Source: a virus (lineage: Duplodnaviria; Heunggongvirae; Uroviricota; Caudoviricetes). From it: a stretch of DNA of 64,000 nt. The DNA is taken from the IMG/VR virus record IMGVR_UViG_3300031760_000004, positions 28,294-92,293 of that record. One strand, 5' to 3'. The number at the start of each line of letters is the position of its first letter. The first letter of the stretch is position 1. The notes under the pieces are model-generated. The model saw nothing but the letters and a program-made list of their open reading frames with translations, was not told the DNA's origin and searched no databases. Positions 26,074-35,896 of the stretch are shown in pieces. Both the position numbers and the translations under genes were made by a program.

Positions 26074-27194
26074 TGGTCTTTTACTACGGTGGCAAATTCA
26101 ATCCCTGGACAAAGGGGCACATGAGCGTCCTGAAGGACCTGTGCCACTACATCCAGGACAACTACAAGCTCATCGAGGAGAAGTACGGAAAACCCAAGAT
26201 CATAATCGGGGTCAAGTCCGGCGCGCTTGATGGCAGCGACATGGCATGCGGACGCGGAATCAAGACGTCCGTTATGAACCGTAAGGACATGGTGCGCGAG
26301 GCCATCAACGGGCTTCAGAAGGAGTTCCCGTTCCTAGTCGAGTTTGAAAGCTACACCTCGAACGACAAGATCGACGTTGTGGAGCAGACGATCGACAGGA
26401 CCTGGGAATACTTCAACAGCAAGCCCATGTGGTGGCCTGACAACGGCAAGGTCACCATCGTCATGGGCGAGGACGAGCACCGCGATTTGATTCTCTCGTC
26501 CGAGGGCTCGAGCGACCGGTGGATGCACGCCAGGGAGATCCTTGACAAATGGCCCGTGATGGCATTCCCCAGGGACCCGTTCGTGTCCAGCACACGCGTC
26601 CGCGAGATATTCCGCGCCGACCCGTTCGTGCAGTGGCAGTCCGTGTCAGACTACCTGGAGAAGCCCGTATACGACTACATCGTCGACAACATGCTCTACT
26701 GGCAGTACCCGGAGGAGGAAGCCCGGCGCGAGGAGACCGTGTTTCTCCACAACTACGACATGTCGAAGTTCCCGAGGCCGTCGTGCACCGCCACGGTGGC
26801 CGTGACGTGCTGCGGGAAGATTCTCCTGGTGAGGCGCAAGGGCCACCCGTTCCGGGACTACTGGGCCATGCCCGGAGGGTTCTTCGACGTGGACAAGGAC
26901 GAGAGCCTTGTGTACACTGCACAGCGGGAGCTCTCGGAGGAGACCGGACTTGACTGTCCCCCGGGTATGTTCAAGCTTTTCGACGTGTTCAGCGAGAAAT
27001 GGATCGATCCTAGGGGGCGCATCGTGGACACGGTGTTCCATGTCGACCTGGGCGACAAGTTCCGGGAGGTCAAGGCCGGCGACGACGCGGCCGAGCTGAT
27101 GTGGTGGCCTATCGATGGGCTTCCCAAGATGGCGTTCCACCATCGCAAGGTGGTGGAGTTTCTGGCAAGCCGCATGGCTATGGACAAGGAGTAG
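26073..27194 (+). CDS. nadM: Bifunctional NadM-type nicotinamide/nicotinate-mononucleotide adenylyltransferase fused to a Nudix hydrolase (ADP-ribose pyrophosphatase-like)
   Basis: N-terminus YYGGKFNPWTKGHMSVLKDL matches the (H/T)xGH nucleotidyltransferase motif of NadM-type NMNAT. C-terminus GGFFDVDKDESLVYTAQRELSEETGLD matches the Nudix box Gx5Ex7REUxEExGU. Confidence 0.7.
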   Translation: MVFYYGGKFNPWTKGHMSVLKDLCHYIQDNYKLIEEKYGKPKIIIGVKSGALDGSDMACGRGIKTSVMNRKDMVREAINGLQKEFPFLVEFESYTSNDKIDVVEQTIDRTWEYFNSKPMWWPDNGKVTIVMGEDEHRDLILSSEGSSDRWMHAREILDKWPVMAFPRDPFVSSTRVREIFRADPFVQWQSVSDYLEKPVYDYIVDNMLYWQYPEEEARREETVFLHNYDMSKFPRPSCTATVAVTCCGKILLVRRKGHPFRDYWAMPGGFFDVDKDESLVYTAQRELSEETGLDCPPGMFKLFDVFSEKWIDPRGRIVDTVFHVDLGDKFREVKAGDDAAELMWWPIDGLPKMAFHHRKVVEFLASRMAMDKE

Positions 27195-27199
27195 TGAAA

Positions 27200-27736
27200 A
27201 TGGCAGTTGAAAACGAGCGCACGGTCGAACTCTCGGAAATCGAGGTTTCTCCAGACGAGATCAGGAAGTACATGGCCGAAAACGGAGTGAAGTCCGTGAC
27301 GGCCAAGCGGGTGATGGAAATCGTCAACCGCTTCGGGGTCGACGCATTCGCGAGCGGGAACAACGCGGCCTGGAACGAGATGTTCCACAAGGTCCGCCCC
27401 GGCACGTCGGTCGACCTGGCCGGAAAGAGCGTGAAGACGTTCTGGAAAGTGGCGACGTGGATCAAGGATCAGCGTTTCCAGAATAAGACCAGAATCCTCG
27501 AGAAGCAAAAAGAGGACGAGAAGGCGGCCAAGGACGCCGAGAAGGCGGAAAAGGCCAAAAAGGACCACGAGCGACTGCTCAACCCCGAGTTCACGGTGGA
27601 CGAGCTAGAGTCGATAGTCACCTTGATGAGGGACTGCCATTTCGACGCGGTCGACCTCAGGGGCGCCCGGGGGTTCCTCGACACGTTCAAGGTGTTCCCA
27701 AAGCCAGGCGCACCGGCTGAGAAGGACGGGAAGTGA
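27200..27736 (+). CDS. Hypothetical protein with a K/E-rich central region
   Basis: Internal Met (ribosome-binding site AGGAGTAGTGAAAATG) of ORF 27101..27736. Confidence 0.5.
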   Translation: MAVENERTVELSEIEVSPDEIRKYMAENGVKSVTAKRVMEIVNRFGVDAFASGNNAAWNEMFHKVRPGTSVDLAGKSVKTFWKVATWIKDQRFQNKTRILEKQKEDEKAAKDAEKAEKAKKDHERLLNPEFTVDELESIVTLMRDCHFDAVDLRGARGFLDTFKVFPKPGAPAEKDGK

Positions 27737-28305
27737 ACTCCGGCGAAATGTACAGGAAGGACGGAATCAGGTTCCCCGGCTTCCGGGGGACCTGGTACCG
27801 CTTCGACGCCGAAACAATTGGCGGAGTGACCTTCGAGGCCTATGAAAGCGAGGTCTGGGGCGACGAGGTGTCCGACATAATCGCAACCGAGGACGGGCAC
27901 GTCGTGCACCCAGACGCATGGAACGGGCTGGCCGACCTTCACGAGGCGATCGACGGCGGAGACGTCAAGGTCGAGAACGGAAAGGTGTGGGTCGACCCTG
28001 AGCTTTGGGCGTTGTGGGGAATGAAAGAGGCCGACAGGCCAAAAGGAGACACGGAGATGACTGACAAGTTCAAAAAGGAGCAAGAGGAGCACCTCAGGGT
28101 ACAGGGCGAAATCGTCATGCGAAACCACCTGTGCCGCCTTACCGACAACGACTACGCCAGAGCCATCGGGGACCTGATACTCGACGAGGTCCTCGAGGAT
28201 GTCCGTGTCTCGTCCAGCTTCGAGGCTAACGGGATATGGGGCCATGACGACATCGACCTGGCCATCGGCCGGGTGCTGTGCAAAAAGCTCGGACTGGAGG
28301 TGTGA
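27733..28305 (+). CDS. Hypothetical protein
   Basis: 190 aa. ATGA overlap. Confidence 0.5.
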   Translation: MNSGEMYRKDGIRFPGFRGTWYRFDAETIGGVTFEAYESEVWGDEVSDIIATEDGHVVHPDAWNGLADLHEAIDGGDVKVENGKVWVDPELWALWGMKEADRPKGDTEMTDKFKKEQEEHLRVQGEIVMRNHLCRLTDNDYARAIGDLILDEVLEDVRVSSSFEANGIWGHDDIDLAIGRVLCKKLGLEV

Positions 28306-28307
28306 TT

Positions 28308-28598
28308 ATGAAAATGTGGGTTGAATGGGTACAGAACGGATACGGTGCGTGCCATTGCTGCCCGACGCCGAACGTGTTCGGAAGCCGTGAGAACGTGCTT
28401 GAGTACTGGCGACGGCGGTGGTTCCCGTCAGACACTGTGGACGCTCAGGCCAAAATGCAGCCGGGCGACAAGATCGTCATCGAGAACCGCGTGGCGGAGC
28501 TGGTGGAGGTCGACGAGTACTTCGAGGAGAAGGCCAGGACCGAACTCAAGGAAAGGCTCGCAGACGAACAGAAGAAAATGAGGGATGAGCGGCAATGA
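28308..28598 (+). CDS. Hypothetical small protein
   Basis: Internal Met of ORF 28278..28598 (MKMWVEWVQNGY...). Confidence 0.45.
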   Translation: MKMWVEWVQNGYGACHCCPTPNVFGSRENVLEYWRRRWFPSDTVDAQAKMQPGDKIVIENRVAELVEVDEYFEEKARTELKERLADEQKKMRDERQ

Positions 28599-30730
28599 AG
28601 CTGAAAAAGATAAGCCTGCGGAACTACAGGCAGCACGAGAACCTGGACGTCGAGTTCCAGGGAAGCATGATAATGATATGCGGCCGGAACGGCAGCGGGA
28701 AGAGCAACTTCATCGGGGCCGTTCAGTTCGCGCTGACAGGCGAGCAGCCCGGCTTCGACAAGGGGGACCTGCTCAACTGGGGGGCGGCCCAGCGGGGCGA
28801 AGGCGGCTACGTCGACCTCGAGTTCGAACACAATGGCATGGAGTGCCGCATCCAGCGCCGAATCGAGAGGCCCGCCGTAACGCTCAAGATCGGAGCCGAC
28901 ACGTACACCGGCGTCAAGAAGGTGCAGGAGGCGATGGAGTCGGTGCTCGGCATCGACAAGGACGTGCTCCGGCAGAGCGTGTTCGTCCGGCAGACCGAGG
29001 TCGAGTCCGTGCTGTTCACAGACCCGCGTGAACGCGAGCTGGCATTCCAGCGCCTGATCGGACTTGGAGACGCGGCGAAGCACCAGAAGTTCCTCACGGA
29101 CTTTCTTTCCGCCATGGCCGAGCCCAGGAGCATGGTCGAGGAGATCGCCCGCCAGAAGGAGCTCGTCGCGAACCAGAAGGCCGACCTGAAGCGCCTGCGC
29201 GACTCTCTGGCCGAAATCTCGGCGAAGCTCGAGGAGGCCGGTGACGAGGCCGAGACGCAGAAGATGATCAAGCTGTGCCAGCAGCGCAAGTCGCTGGTCG
29301 GGGCGGCCATAGACGCGTTCGACACCCATGAGGCGTGCGTCGCGAACTTCAACAACATCACGACCATGTACGGCGAGATCGCCGGCAGGGAAGTGGAGGA
29401 CCTGAAACCGCTCATGGACGAGGTGTCCGGCCTGCAGGAGGCCGTACGGCACGCGCAGGACGCTATGGACGCCAACGCGACACGCCGGCAGGCCGCGCAG
29501 TTCCTTGAGTCGGCGCGCAGGGACCTTGACGCGATTCCGGACGACTTCGAGAAGCAGGTCGCCGAGCTTGACGACGTGAACACACGCGTCAACGAGCTCC
29601 GCGGAAAGGTGCAGCAGCTGGACAAGCTGCTTAAGGAGGCGCCGGACGGCAACGTGTGCCCTCTCTGCGGCTCGACCACGGACCACAACATCCGTGCCGA
29701 GATCCAGGCCGAAAGGGACGCCACCGTCAAGGAAGGCCGCGAGCTCTCGGACTGGCTCGCCAAACACATGCACATCAAGGACTACCCCGCCGCGTTCGAA
29801 CGTGCCAAGGCAAACGTCGACCGCTGGGAGCAGCGCGTCAGTGAGCTCGGGCCAATGGAGCCGGAGGAGAACGTGGACGAGCTGCTGGGCAGGCTCTCGG
29901 ACGCCAAGGTCAGGCTGTCCAAGGTACAGTCGAGCAACGTCTCGGTGTCGCAGGCCCGCCTCGAAATCGAGCACGCGAAGAAGAGCATGCTGGACGCGTC
30001 GTCCAAGTACGGCGAGGCGTTATCGAAGCTCCCGCACCAGGTGGATGGCCGGGATATGCTCGTCAAGGTGGCGTCCGGACTGGACAGCTCCGTGGAGGGT
30101 CTGTTCAACGTGCTGAACACATTGTCGCAGCTGAAGGCCCAGAAGGCGCAGTTCGAAGGCGGTATCGCCCAGGTCGAGAAGTCGGTCAGGGAAGCCGAGG
30201 ACGGAATCGCGGAGCTTGAGCGGATGGACCTGGAGAACAAGGCCAAGGCCGACAAGCTCAAGACGGTCAGGGACGTCAAGGACTGGTTCTCGTACAAGAA
30301 CGGCCCGCGGGTGATGTCCCAGTCCATCATGGCGCTCCTGGTCGACGAGACCAACCGGTATCTGGAGAACTTTGGATCCGAGTTCACGGTCATCCCGATG
30401 GAGGAGGGCATGGGCTTCAGGTACGTCTACAACGACGGCCGGCCCGTGTCCTCGCCCGCCCCCGAAGCCACGATGCTCTCGGGCGGCCAGAAGATAGCGC
30501 TCGCCGTGGCGTTCAGGTTCGCCGTGTACAGCATGTTCGCGAACAAGCTCGGGCTGCTGTCGCTGGACGAGCCGACGGCGTACCTGGACGACGAGACAAT
30601 CGGACGGTTCGCCGACGTTCTCTCCAAGATCAGGCAGCTTGCTGCCAATATGGGGCTACAAGTGATTGTGTCAACCCACGAAGCGGCCATCTCTCCGGCA
30701 TTTGACCAGACCATCTCGATCGGGAGGTAG
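28595..30730 (+). CDS. sbcC: SbcC/Rad50-like ATPase (T4 gp46-like recombination nuclease subunit)
   Basis: Walker A GRNGSGKSN. Long coiled-coil. Central CPLCGS zinc-hook. ABC signature LSGGQK and Walker B LLSLDEPTAYLD. Confidence 0.8.
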   Translation: MKLKKISLRNYRQHENLDVEFQGSMIMICGRNGSGKSNFIGAVQFALTGEQPGFDKGDLLNWGAAQRGEGGYVDLEFEHNGMECRIQRRIERPAVTLKIGADTYTGVKKVQEAMESVLGIDKDVLRQSVFVRQTEVESVLFTDPRERELAFQRLIGLGDAAKHQKFLTDFLSAMAEPRSMVEEIARQKELVANQKADLKRLRDSLAEISAKLEEAGDEAETQKMIKLCQQRKSLVGAAIDAFDTHEACVANFNNITTMYGEIAGREVEDLKPLMDEVSGLQEAVRHAQDAMDANATRRQAAQFLESARRDLDAIPDDFEKQVAELDDVNTRVNELRGKVQQLDKLLKEAPDGNVCPLCGSTTDHNIRAEIQAERDATVKEGRELSDWLAKHMHIKDYPAAFERAKANVDRWEQRVSELGPMEPEENVDELLGRLSDAKVRLSKVQSSNVSVSQARLEIEHAKKSMLDASSKYGEALSKLPHQVDGRDMLVKVASGLDSSVEGLFNVLNTLSQLKAQKAQFEGGIAQVEKSVREAEDGIAELERMDLENKAKADKLKTVRDVKDWFSYKNGPRVMSQSIMALLVDETNRYLENFGSEFTVIPMEEGMGFRYVYNDGRPVSSPAPEATMLSGGQKIALAVAFRFAVYSMFANKLGLLSLDEPTAYLDDETIGRFADVLSKIRQLAANMGLQVIVSTHEAAISPAFDQTISIGR

Positions 30731-30732
30731 GC

Positions 30733-31002
30733 ATGCCGTTTGCAGTTCAGTTTGCCCTGGGTTTGGCCACATACTTGTTCATGGCCGTCATCACGTTTCG
30801 GGTTGCGGTCAGTAGCAATGAGAGACCCGATGACGACACATGCCTGCTCGCAGCCGCGCTTTGGCCTTTAGCCATTGTGGTAATGGCCGCGTATGCGGTA
30901 TTTTCAGGGATAGAATGGTTTGCCGGCATTAGTCGCCGTCGGAGGGAGCGCAGAGAGTTCCTACGGGCACTTGACGACAGGCCCACAACAACAAAGGAGT
31001 AA
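30733..31002 (+). CDS. Small membrane protein
   Basis: 89 aa with two hydrophobic helices. Confidence 0.45.
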   Translation: MPFAVQFALGLATYLFMAVITFRVAVSSNERPDDDTCLLAAALWPLAIVVMAAYAVFSGIEWFAGISRRRRERREFLRALDDRPTTTKE

Positions 31003-31009
31003 TGAAGGC

Positions 31010-31330
31010 ATGAACATCAACGTTATTGAGGAGGCGTTGGTCGCCTTTCGCGACAAGAAAGTCACAGACGGTGCGAGGTGCACCGGGCTGCGCATAAGGG
31101 TTGAAAACCGACTGTACGCCATAGGGCGTTGTTGGAACACCGATGTCAAATGCGCATCAAAGGTGTCGCTTAACAAGGCGACGGGGACGCTTACGCTCAG
31201 CTATTGCTATGAAAGCGACGATCCCCGGCCGCGCATCGAGCTGGTCGACTGCGGCCAAGTGAGCGGAATCGCGGTGGAAAGCAGCAGGGACGCCGAAGTG
31301 TCAACAGACGGAATGGTGGAGATCCTGTAA
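31010..31330 (+). CDS. Hypothetical protein
   Basis: Internal Met (ribosome-binding site AAGGAGTAATGAAGGCATG) of ORF 30920..31330. Confidence 0.45.
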   Translation: MNINVIEEALVAFRDKKVTDGARCTGLRIRVENRLYAIGRCWNTDVKCASKVSLNKATGTLTLSYCYESDDPRPRIELVDCGQVSGIAVESSRDAEVSTDGMVEIL

Positions 31331-31668
31331 TGGATTCAATCTGGGAAAACAAGGAGTACATGTCCAGAACGGCCCCGCCGTATCACGACACGTTCCACCG
31401 GTACGGGGAACTGTCTGACGCGGTGATCTTCTGGTACGCGTACACGCCGACAGGGCGTGTGTCCAAGTACTGGCAGTCGCTTCAAATCCGTCACGGAGAG
31501 AAGGCGTCGCACGAGTGGCTGGAGAAGCGCGCCGAGAGGTTCGAACGCGAATGCGGCCATCCGAGGCTTCGCAAGGGGTATACGTGGTCGAAGGCCTATC
31601 TGTACAGCCCAATCCCGGAGCGGGTGCTGTGGCCAAACGGAAGGCCTACGGCAACGGCAAAACCATGA
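31330..31668 (+). CDS. Hypothetical protein
   Basis: 112 aa. ATGA overlap. Confidence 0.4.
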   Translation: MDSIWENKEYMSRTAPPYHDTFHRYGELSDAVIFWYAYTPTGRVSKYWQSLQIRHGEKASHEWLEKRAERFERECGHPRLRKGYTWSKAYLYSPIPERVLWPNGRPTATAKP

Positions 31669-31724
31669 CAACAGGCTGTCCTACCGGCCGTACGGGGAAA
31701 CCAACAACAAGGAGCAAGACAACA

Positions 31725-32585
31725 ATGAAGAAGTACACCAAGTCCGCGGCGTTCGCGCTCGCGATTGCAACCGCCGCCATCCTCTCGGGATGCGGACAGA
31801 TCGAGTCCGGCGAGGCCGGATTCTTCACCAACTGGGGCGAGGTCACCAGCAAGCAGCCGCTTGAGGAGGGGCTCCACTTCTTCCTCTCCCCCGGCAAGGA
31901 CCTCGTGGTCTACAACGTCCGCAACCAGGTAGTCACGGTAAAGACGCCTGTGTTCACAAAGGATGTGCAGGCCATGGACGTCGACATGACGGTCACCTAC
32001 AGCCTCCAGAAGGAAAAGGTCATCGACCTGCATGTCAAGACCGGGCAGAACTACAAGGACATCCTTGTGGTGCCGTCGATTCTCGGCGCGACGAAGAACG
32101 CCCTGGGAAAGATGGAGGCCGGGGACATCGTGGCCAACCGGGAGAAGGCGACCGAAGCCATCACCCAGGAAATCTCCAAGCAGCTGGAGCCTCACGGCAT
32201 CAACATCGTGCTGGTAAACCTGACCAACATCGACTATTCCGACGCGTTCGAGAAGGCGGTGGAGGAGAAGCAGGTCGCTCTGCAGCAGAGCCAGAAGGAG
32301 AAGAACGAGACCGCTCGTCTCCGCGAGGTTGCCGAGCAGGAAGTTGTCAAAGCCGAAGCGGACGCCAAGGCAAAAGTGCTACAATCGGAAGCCGAGGCAA
32401 AGGCCATCCTCGTGAAGGCCGAAGCCGAAGCCAAGTCGATCGAGGTGCGCAACAAGGCGCTTGCGTCGAGCCACGCCCTCATCGAGTACGAAACTGTCAA
32501 GAAATGGAACGGCAAACTTCCGGACCAGCTTCTCGGAAGTGCTCCGATTCCGTTTCTGAACCTTGAAAAAGGTTCCGAACGGTAG
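31725..32585 (+). CDS. SPFH/Band-7 (prohibitin/HflK-like) lipoprotein
   Basis: Signal peptide plus lipobox AILSGC. SPFH-like core and a C-terminal Ala/Glu/Lys coiled-coil (AEQEVVKAEADAKAKVLQSEAEAKAILVKAEAEAKS). Confidence 0.6.
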   Translation: MKKYTKSAAFALAIATAAILSGCGQIESGEAGFFTNWGEVTSKQPLEEGLHFFLSPGKDLVVYNVRNQVVTVKTPVFTKDVQAMDVDMTVTYSLQKEKVIDLHVKTGQNYKDILVVPSILGATKNALGKMEAGDIVANREKATEAITQEISKQLEPHGINIVLVNLTNIDYSDAFEKAVEEKQVALQQSQKEKNETARLREVAEQEVVKAEADAKAKVLQSEAEAKAILVKAEAEAKSIEVRNKALASSHALIEYETVKKWNGKLPDQLLGSAPIPFLNLEKGSER

Positions 32586-32843
32586 ATGTCGCGTCCATTT
32601 CGGACGCGTGAATTGAAACAAAAGGAGAAGGAGACCAAATAATGCTGGCACTTTTGTGGCTCGTGGTGGTATGGGGGCTTGTGATGGCCACCATCCACTA
32701 CTTCCGTTCCTCCCGCAAGGGCGGGAGCGACAACAAGTAGCAACGCGTTACCCCTCTGCCACCGTCTCGGGGAATGCCGGCCAGTGAGATGGCGTCGTAC
32801 ATGCGGGGAGCGACCCGCACAATCTTTTTACAGGAGTACAACT

Positions 32844-33701
32844 ATGAACACCGACTACAAGGAACTGGCCATGTATCTGGCCAACAGAATGTATAAGTGG
32901 TTTGAAAAGGAAGCCGGATACAAGGACAAGAAGGATTACAAGGCCGTCATCGGCATCTCCGGCGGCAAGGACTCCGCGGTTGCCGCCGCAATCGCCTGCG
33001 AGGCCATCGGCAAGGAGAACGTGTACGGAGTCTTGATGCCGAACGGCGAGCAGGCCGACATCGAAGACTCAAAGAAGGTGTGCAGGTTCCTGGACATCAA
33101 CTGGGGCGTGTGCAAGATTGACGGGCCATACGTCGCGATGCTCGCCGCACTGAACGTCTCGGACGCCGACATCAGAGACAGAGAGAAGTGGTGGAACCCC
33201 GACAAGTTCGAAAGCGACACGAGAGTCACGACAAACCTCCCGGCCCGTCTCCGGATGTGCGCGCTGTACTCGATCGCCGCCAGAATCAACGGCCGCGTAA
33301 TCGGCACCGGGAACTTCTCGGAGGCTATCGCCGGGTACACCACGCTGTGGGGCGACTCGGCCTGCGACTACAATCCGCTGGCCAGCCTGTACGCCGACGA
33401 GGTCGTGGAGGTGGGGCGTGCGCTGGGCGACCTGCCTGAGGAAGTCTTGGCCAAGCCTCCGTCGGACGGAATGTCCGGAAAGACCGACGAGGACAACCTC
33501 GGCTTCACCTATGCGGAGCTCAAGGCCGTGATGCACAGGACTGGAACCGAGGTACCGCCTAAGTACGACAAGGTGATGAAGCGGGCGACTGACTCCTCGT
33601 TCAAGCGCAGGCTTCTAATAGGGATACCGCATCCGAGCGTGGAGCGCCACCTTGACGGCTCGATCGACATGGTGCGCACGATGGACGCCTGGAATAAGTA
33701 A
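32844..33701 (+). CDS. nadE: NH3-dependent NAD+ synthetase
   Basis: PP-loop GISGGKDS and typical NadE downstream motifs. Internal Met (ribosome-binding site CAGGAGTACAACTATG) of ORF 32784..33701. Confidence 0.75.
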   Translation: MNTDYKELAMYLANRMYKWFEKEAGYKDKKDYKAVIGISGGKDSAVAAAIACEAIGKENVYGVLMPNGEQADIEDSKKVCRFLDINWGVCKIDGPYVAMLAALNVSDADIRDREKWWNPDKFESDTRVTTNLPARLRMCALYSIAARINGRVIGTGNFSEAIAGYTTLWGDSACDYNPLASLYADEVVEVGRALGDLPEEVLAKPPSDGMSGKTDEDNLGFTYAELKAVMHRTGTEVPPKYDKVMKRATDSSFKRRLLIGIPHPSVERHLDGSIDMVRTMDAWNK

Positions 33702-33718
33702 CGCCGGCGCCCGGTTTG

Positions 33719-33727
33719 TGGTATCAT
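33719..33727 (+). promoter_or_regulatory. Putative extended -10 promoter TGgTATCAT upstream of the helicase gene
   Basis: gtttgTGGTATCATatac. Same element as at 24513. Confidence 0.35.
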
Positions 33728-33749
33728 ATACGGGCTTAGGAGAGACAGA

Positions 33750-35315
33750 ATGAAAGACAACTCTAACGCGGTGAAGGTGACGCTGCGCGACGGGTTCCTG
33801 GAGGTCGAGGGCGAATGCCCCGGCCTCAGGGAGAAGTTGAGGTATTTCCGGAAGGAGATAAAGCTGGTCAACTACCAGCGGATGGTCGAGAAGCACTTCG
33901 AAGACCTGTTCTCAGTCCCGGAAGACCGTCCAGACATAACCGTCACCATGCCCGGGTTCGCGCACCGCGTGCTCGAGCACTGCCGCAAGAAGCGCATACC
34001 GTTTCAGTTCAGGGACGCCCGCACGCCGATGCCGAAGCCAAACCTCGACAAAGCGTTCGCCGGCCTCAGGGACTACCAGATACGCCTTGCCGGGCGCATG
34101 ATCATGTCCGGAGGAGGCATACTTGAGGCCGCCACCGGCGCCGGAAAGACCGCGATAGCCGCGGCCATAATCCGGGCCTTTGACAAAAAGAGCCTCATCG
34201 ACCGCGGGACTCCCACGTGCGTGTTCGCCTGCCCCGACCGGGACATCAACCGCAAGAACTGGCAGGAGTTCCAGAGGTGGCTTCCGGACCGCGAAATCGG
34301 GCTGATCATGTCCGGGTCGGCCAACGTGCCGTCGGATGACGTGGTGTGCTGCACCATCGACAGCCTGGAGCACCTCGACCCGGATGACGTAGGCGTGCTC
34401 ATCGTGGACGAGATGCACGCATCTGCCTCGTCGTCGCGGTCGGAGAAGATAGCCGAGTTTAGCAAGGCCATGAAGTGGGGCGTGTCCGCCACGGCCACCG
34501 GAAGGTTCGACGGCGCCGACATCGTAGCCGAGGGGCTGTACGGCCCCATCGTGGCCGAGTTCACATACCAGGACGGTGTCAAGTCAGGGGCGCTGGTTCC
34601 GATAACCGTCCTCTGGATGGACGCCCCGCAGCCGGTGTGCGGCCTGACAACCTACGCGAAGTTCAAGCAGCGCGAGGCCAAGATCCGCCACGGGTCCCTG
34701 GCCAACGAGGACTTCGCGCAGCTGGTCGCCGACATTCTGAACTGCACCCCCGACGACAGGCAGGTTCTGTGCATGCTCCAGTTCATCGAGCAGATGAGCC
34801 TCATACACAGGAAGTGTGTCAAGACGGGGTACGTCCATGCCGAGACCAGCCCGGACAAGCTCGTAAGGTATCCGGACCTGGAGGCCATAAAGACCAGGGA
34901 GCGCAAGGAGATATACGACATGTTCCATGACAGAAAGATCATGTCGATAATCTCCACGCACTGCTGGAAGCAGGGCGTCGACTTCCCGGAGCTCAACGTG
35001 GTGGTGAACGCGGGCGGAGGCGGTTCCGACATCGTGGCCAAGCAGGTGCCCGGACGGGCGTCCAGAAAGGCCGACGGCAAGGACCACGCCTACATAGTCG
35101 ATTTCTGGCACAAATGGGACAGGGAGGATCCGGTCACCGAGTCCGGGAAGCCGGGCCCTCTGCTGTCGAACGACTTCTCACGCCGAAGGGCGTACAAGGA
35201 TCTGGGGTTTGAACAAGTGCAATGTCCTACGATAACTCAAATACCGTTCATAGACCGGGAACTGGCGGCGAAGACGACTTCCGCGATGACGCTGGGGCGA
35301 AATCTGCTTCTGTAG
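33750..35315 (+). CDS. Superfamily-2 DEAD/DEAH-box DNA helicase (UvsW-like)
   Basis: Motif I ATGAGKT, motif II DEMH. C-terminal helicase domain. Confidence 0.7.
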   Translation: MKDNSNAVKVTLRDGFLEVEGECPGLREKLRYFRKEIKLVNYQRMVEKHFEDLFSVPEDRPDITVTMPGFAHRVLEHCRKKRIPFQFRDARTPMPKPNLDKAFAGLRDYQIRLAGRMIMSGGGILEAATGAGKTAIAAAIIRAFDKKSLIDRGTPTCVFACPDRDINRKNWQEFQRWLPDREIGLIMSGSANVPSDDVVCCTIDSLEHLDPDDVGVLIVDEMHASASSSRSEKIAEFSKAMKWGVSATATGRFDGADIVAEGLYGPIVAEFTYQDGVKSGALVPITVLWMDAPQPVCGLTTYAKFKQREAKIRHGSLANEDFAQLVADILNCTPDDRQVLCMLQFIEQMSLIHRKCVKTGYVHAETSPDKLVRYPDLEAIKTRERKEIYDMFHDRKIMSIISTHCWKQGVDFPELNVVVNAGGGGSDIVAKQVPGRASRKADGKDHAYIVDFWHKWDREDPVTESGKPGPLLSNDFSRRRAYKDLGFEQVQCPTITQIPFIDRELAAKTTSAMTLGRNLLL

Positions 35316-35896
35316 TCGCGTCCGGAGCCGAGGCCGCCTGGGACGCGTACTTCGATGAGGCCGCCGCCAGGTACCATGTGATACCGCCGTCGAACGCATA
35401 CTCCTCGCACGAGTCGTGGCCGCACTTCCTGCAGGTCGCCCTGCTGTGCGCGTCCAAGGGCTGGAACCCCGACGACTACGTCAGAAAGGCGATCGACTTC
35501 GCCGGTAAGTACGGCCGGCTGTTCCCGGCAGACCTTCCGACCGCCAGGTTCATACGGGCGTACGCGGCGAGGATGGACTCGGAGGGCTGCGACGCGGCCA
35601 GACGCGCCGAGAATGAGTACAAGCGGTGCGTCGAGCTGCTGATACAGCGCGAGATGGACGGCGGGGATGAAAAGCCGCTGCTCATGTCGCCCGCGACGTC
35701 GTTCCCGGCGTGGTTCCGCGTGGTGTACCCTGAGAGACTGGACCTGGACATACTCGACACCTGGGGCGACACGGCGAAGCGCGAGCTCTCGTCCACGCCC
35801 GGGCTCATACAGCTGGTGTCAAGGATGTTCCCGGACAAATGGGAGCGTCTCAGAAAGGCGCTCTGGCTGTACGAAAGGGAAGGAGGAGCCCGATGA
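35222..35896 (+). CDS. Hypothetical protein (overlaps the helicase 3' end; start uncertain)
   Basis: 224 aa ORF in an alternative frame. Confidence 0.4.
   Translation: MSYDNSNTVHRPGTGGEDDFRDDAGAKSASVVASGAEAAWDAYFDEAAARYHVIPPSNAYSSHESWPHFLQVALLCASKGWNPDDYVRKAIDFAGKYGRLFPADLPTARFIRAYAARMDSEGCDAARRAENEYKRCVELLIQREMDGGDEKPLLMSPATSFPAWFRVVYPERLDLDILDTWGDTAKRELSSTPGLIQLVSRMFPDKWERLRKALWLYEREGGAR

Noticed and set aside
28445-29974. 509-aa minus-strand ORF and the overlapping 323-aa minus ORF (28807-29778)
   Set aside because: Antisense to the SbcC gene, which has Walker A/B, zinc-hook and ABC-signature motifs. The translation is low-complexity.
33750-35315. Possibility that the SF2 helicase is a SNF2/RapA-type or restriction-associated helicase
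   Set aside because: Only generic motifs I and II (ATGAGKT, DEMH) and a C-terminal helicase lobe are visible. Its context with DnaB-like helicase, primase and recombinase genes favours a UvsW/RecG-like replication-recombination role. The sequence alone gives no specific evidence for SNF2 or a restriction function.
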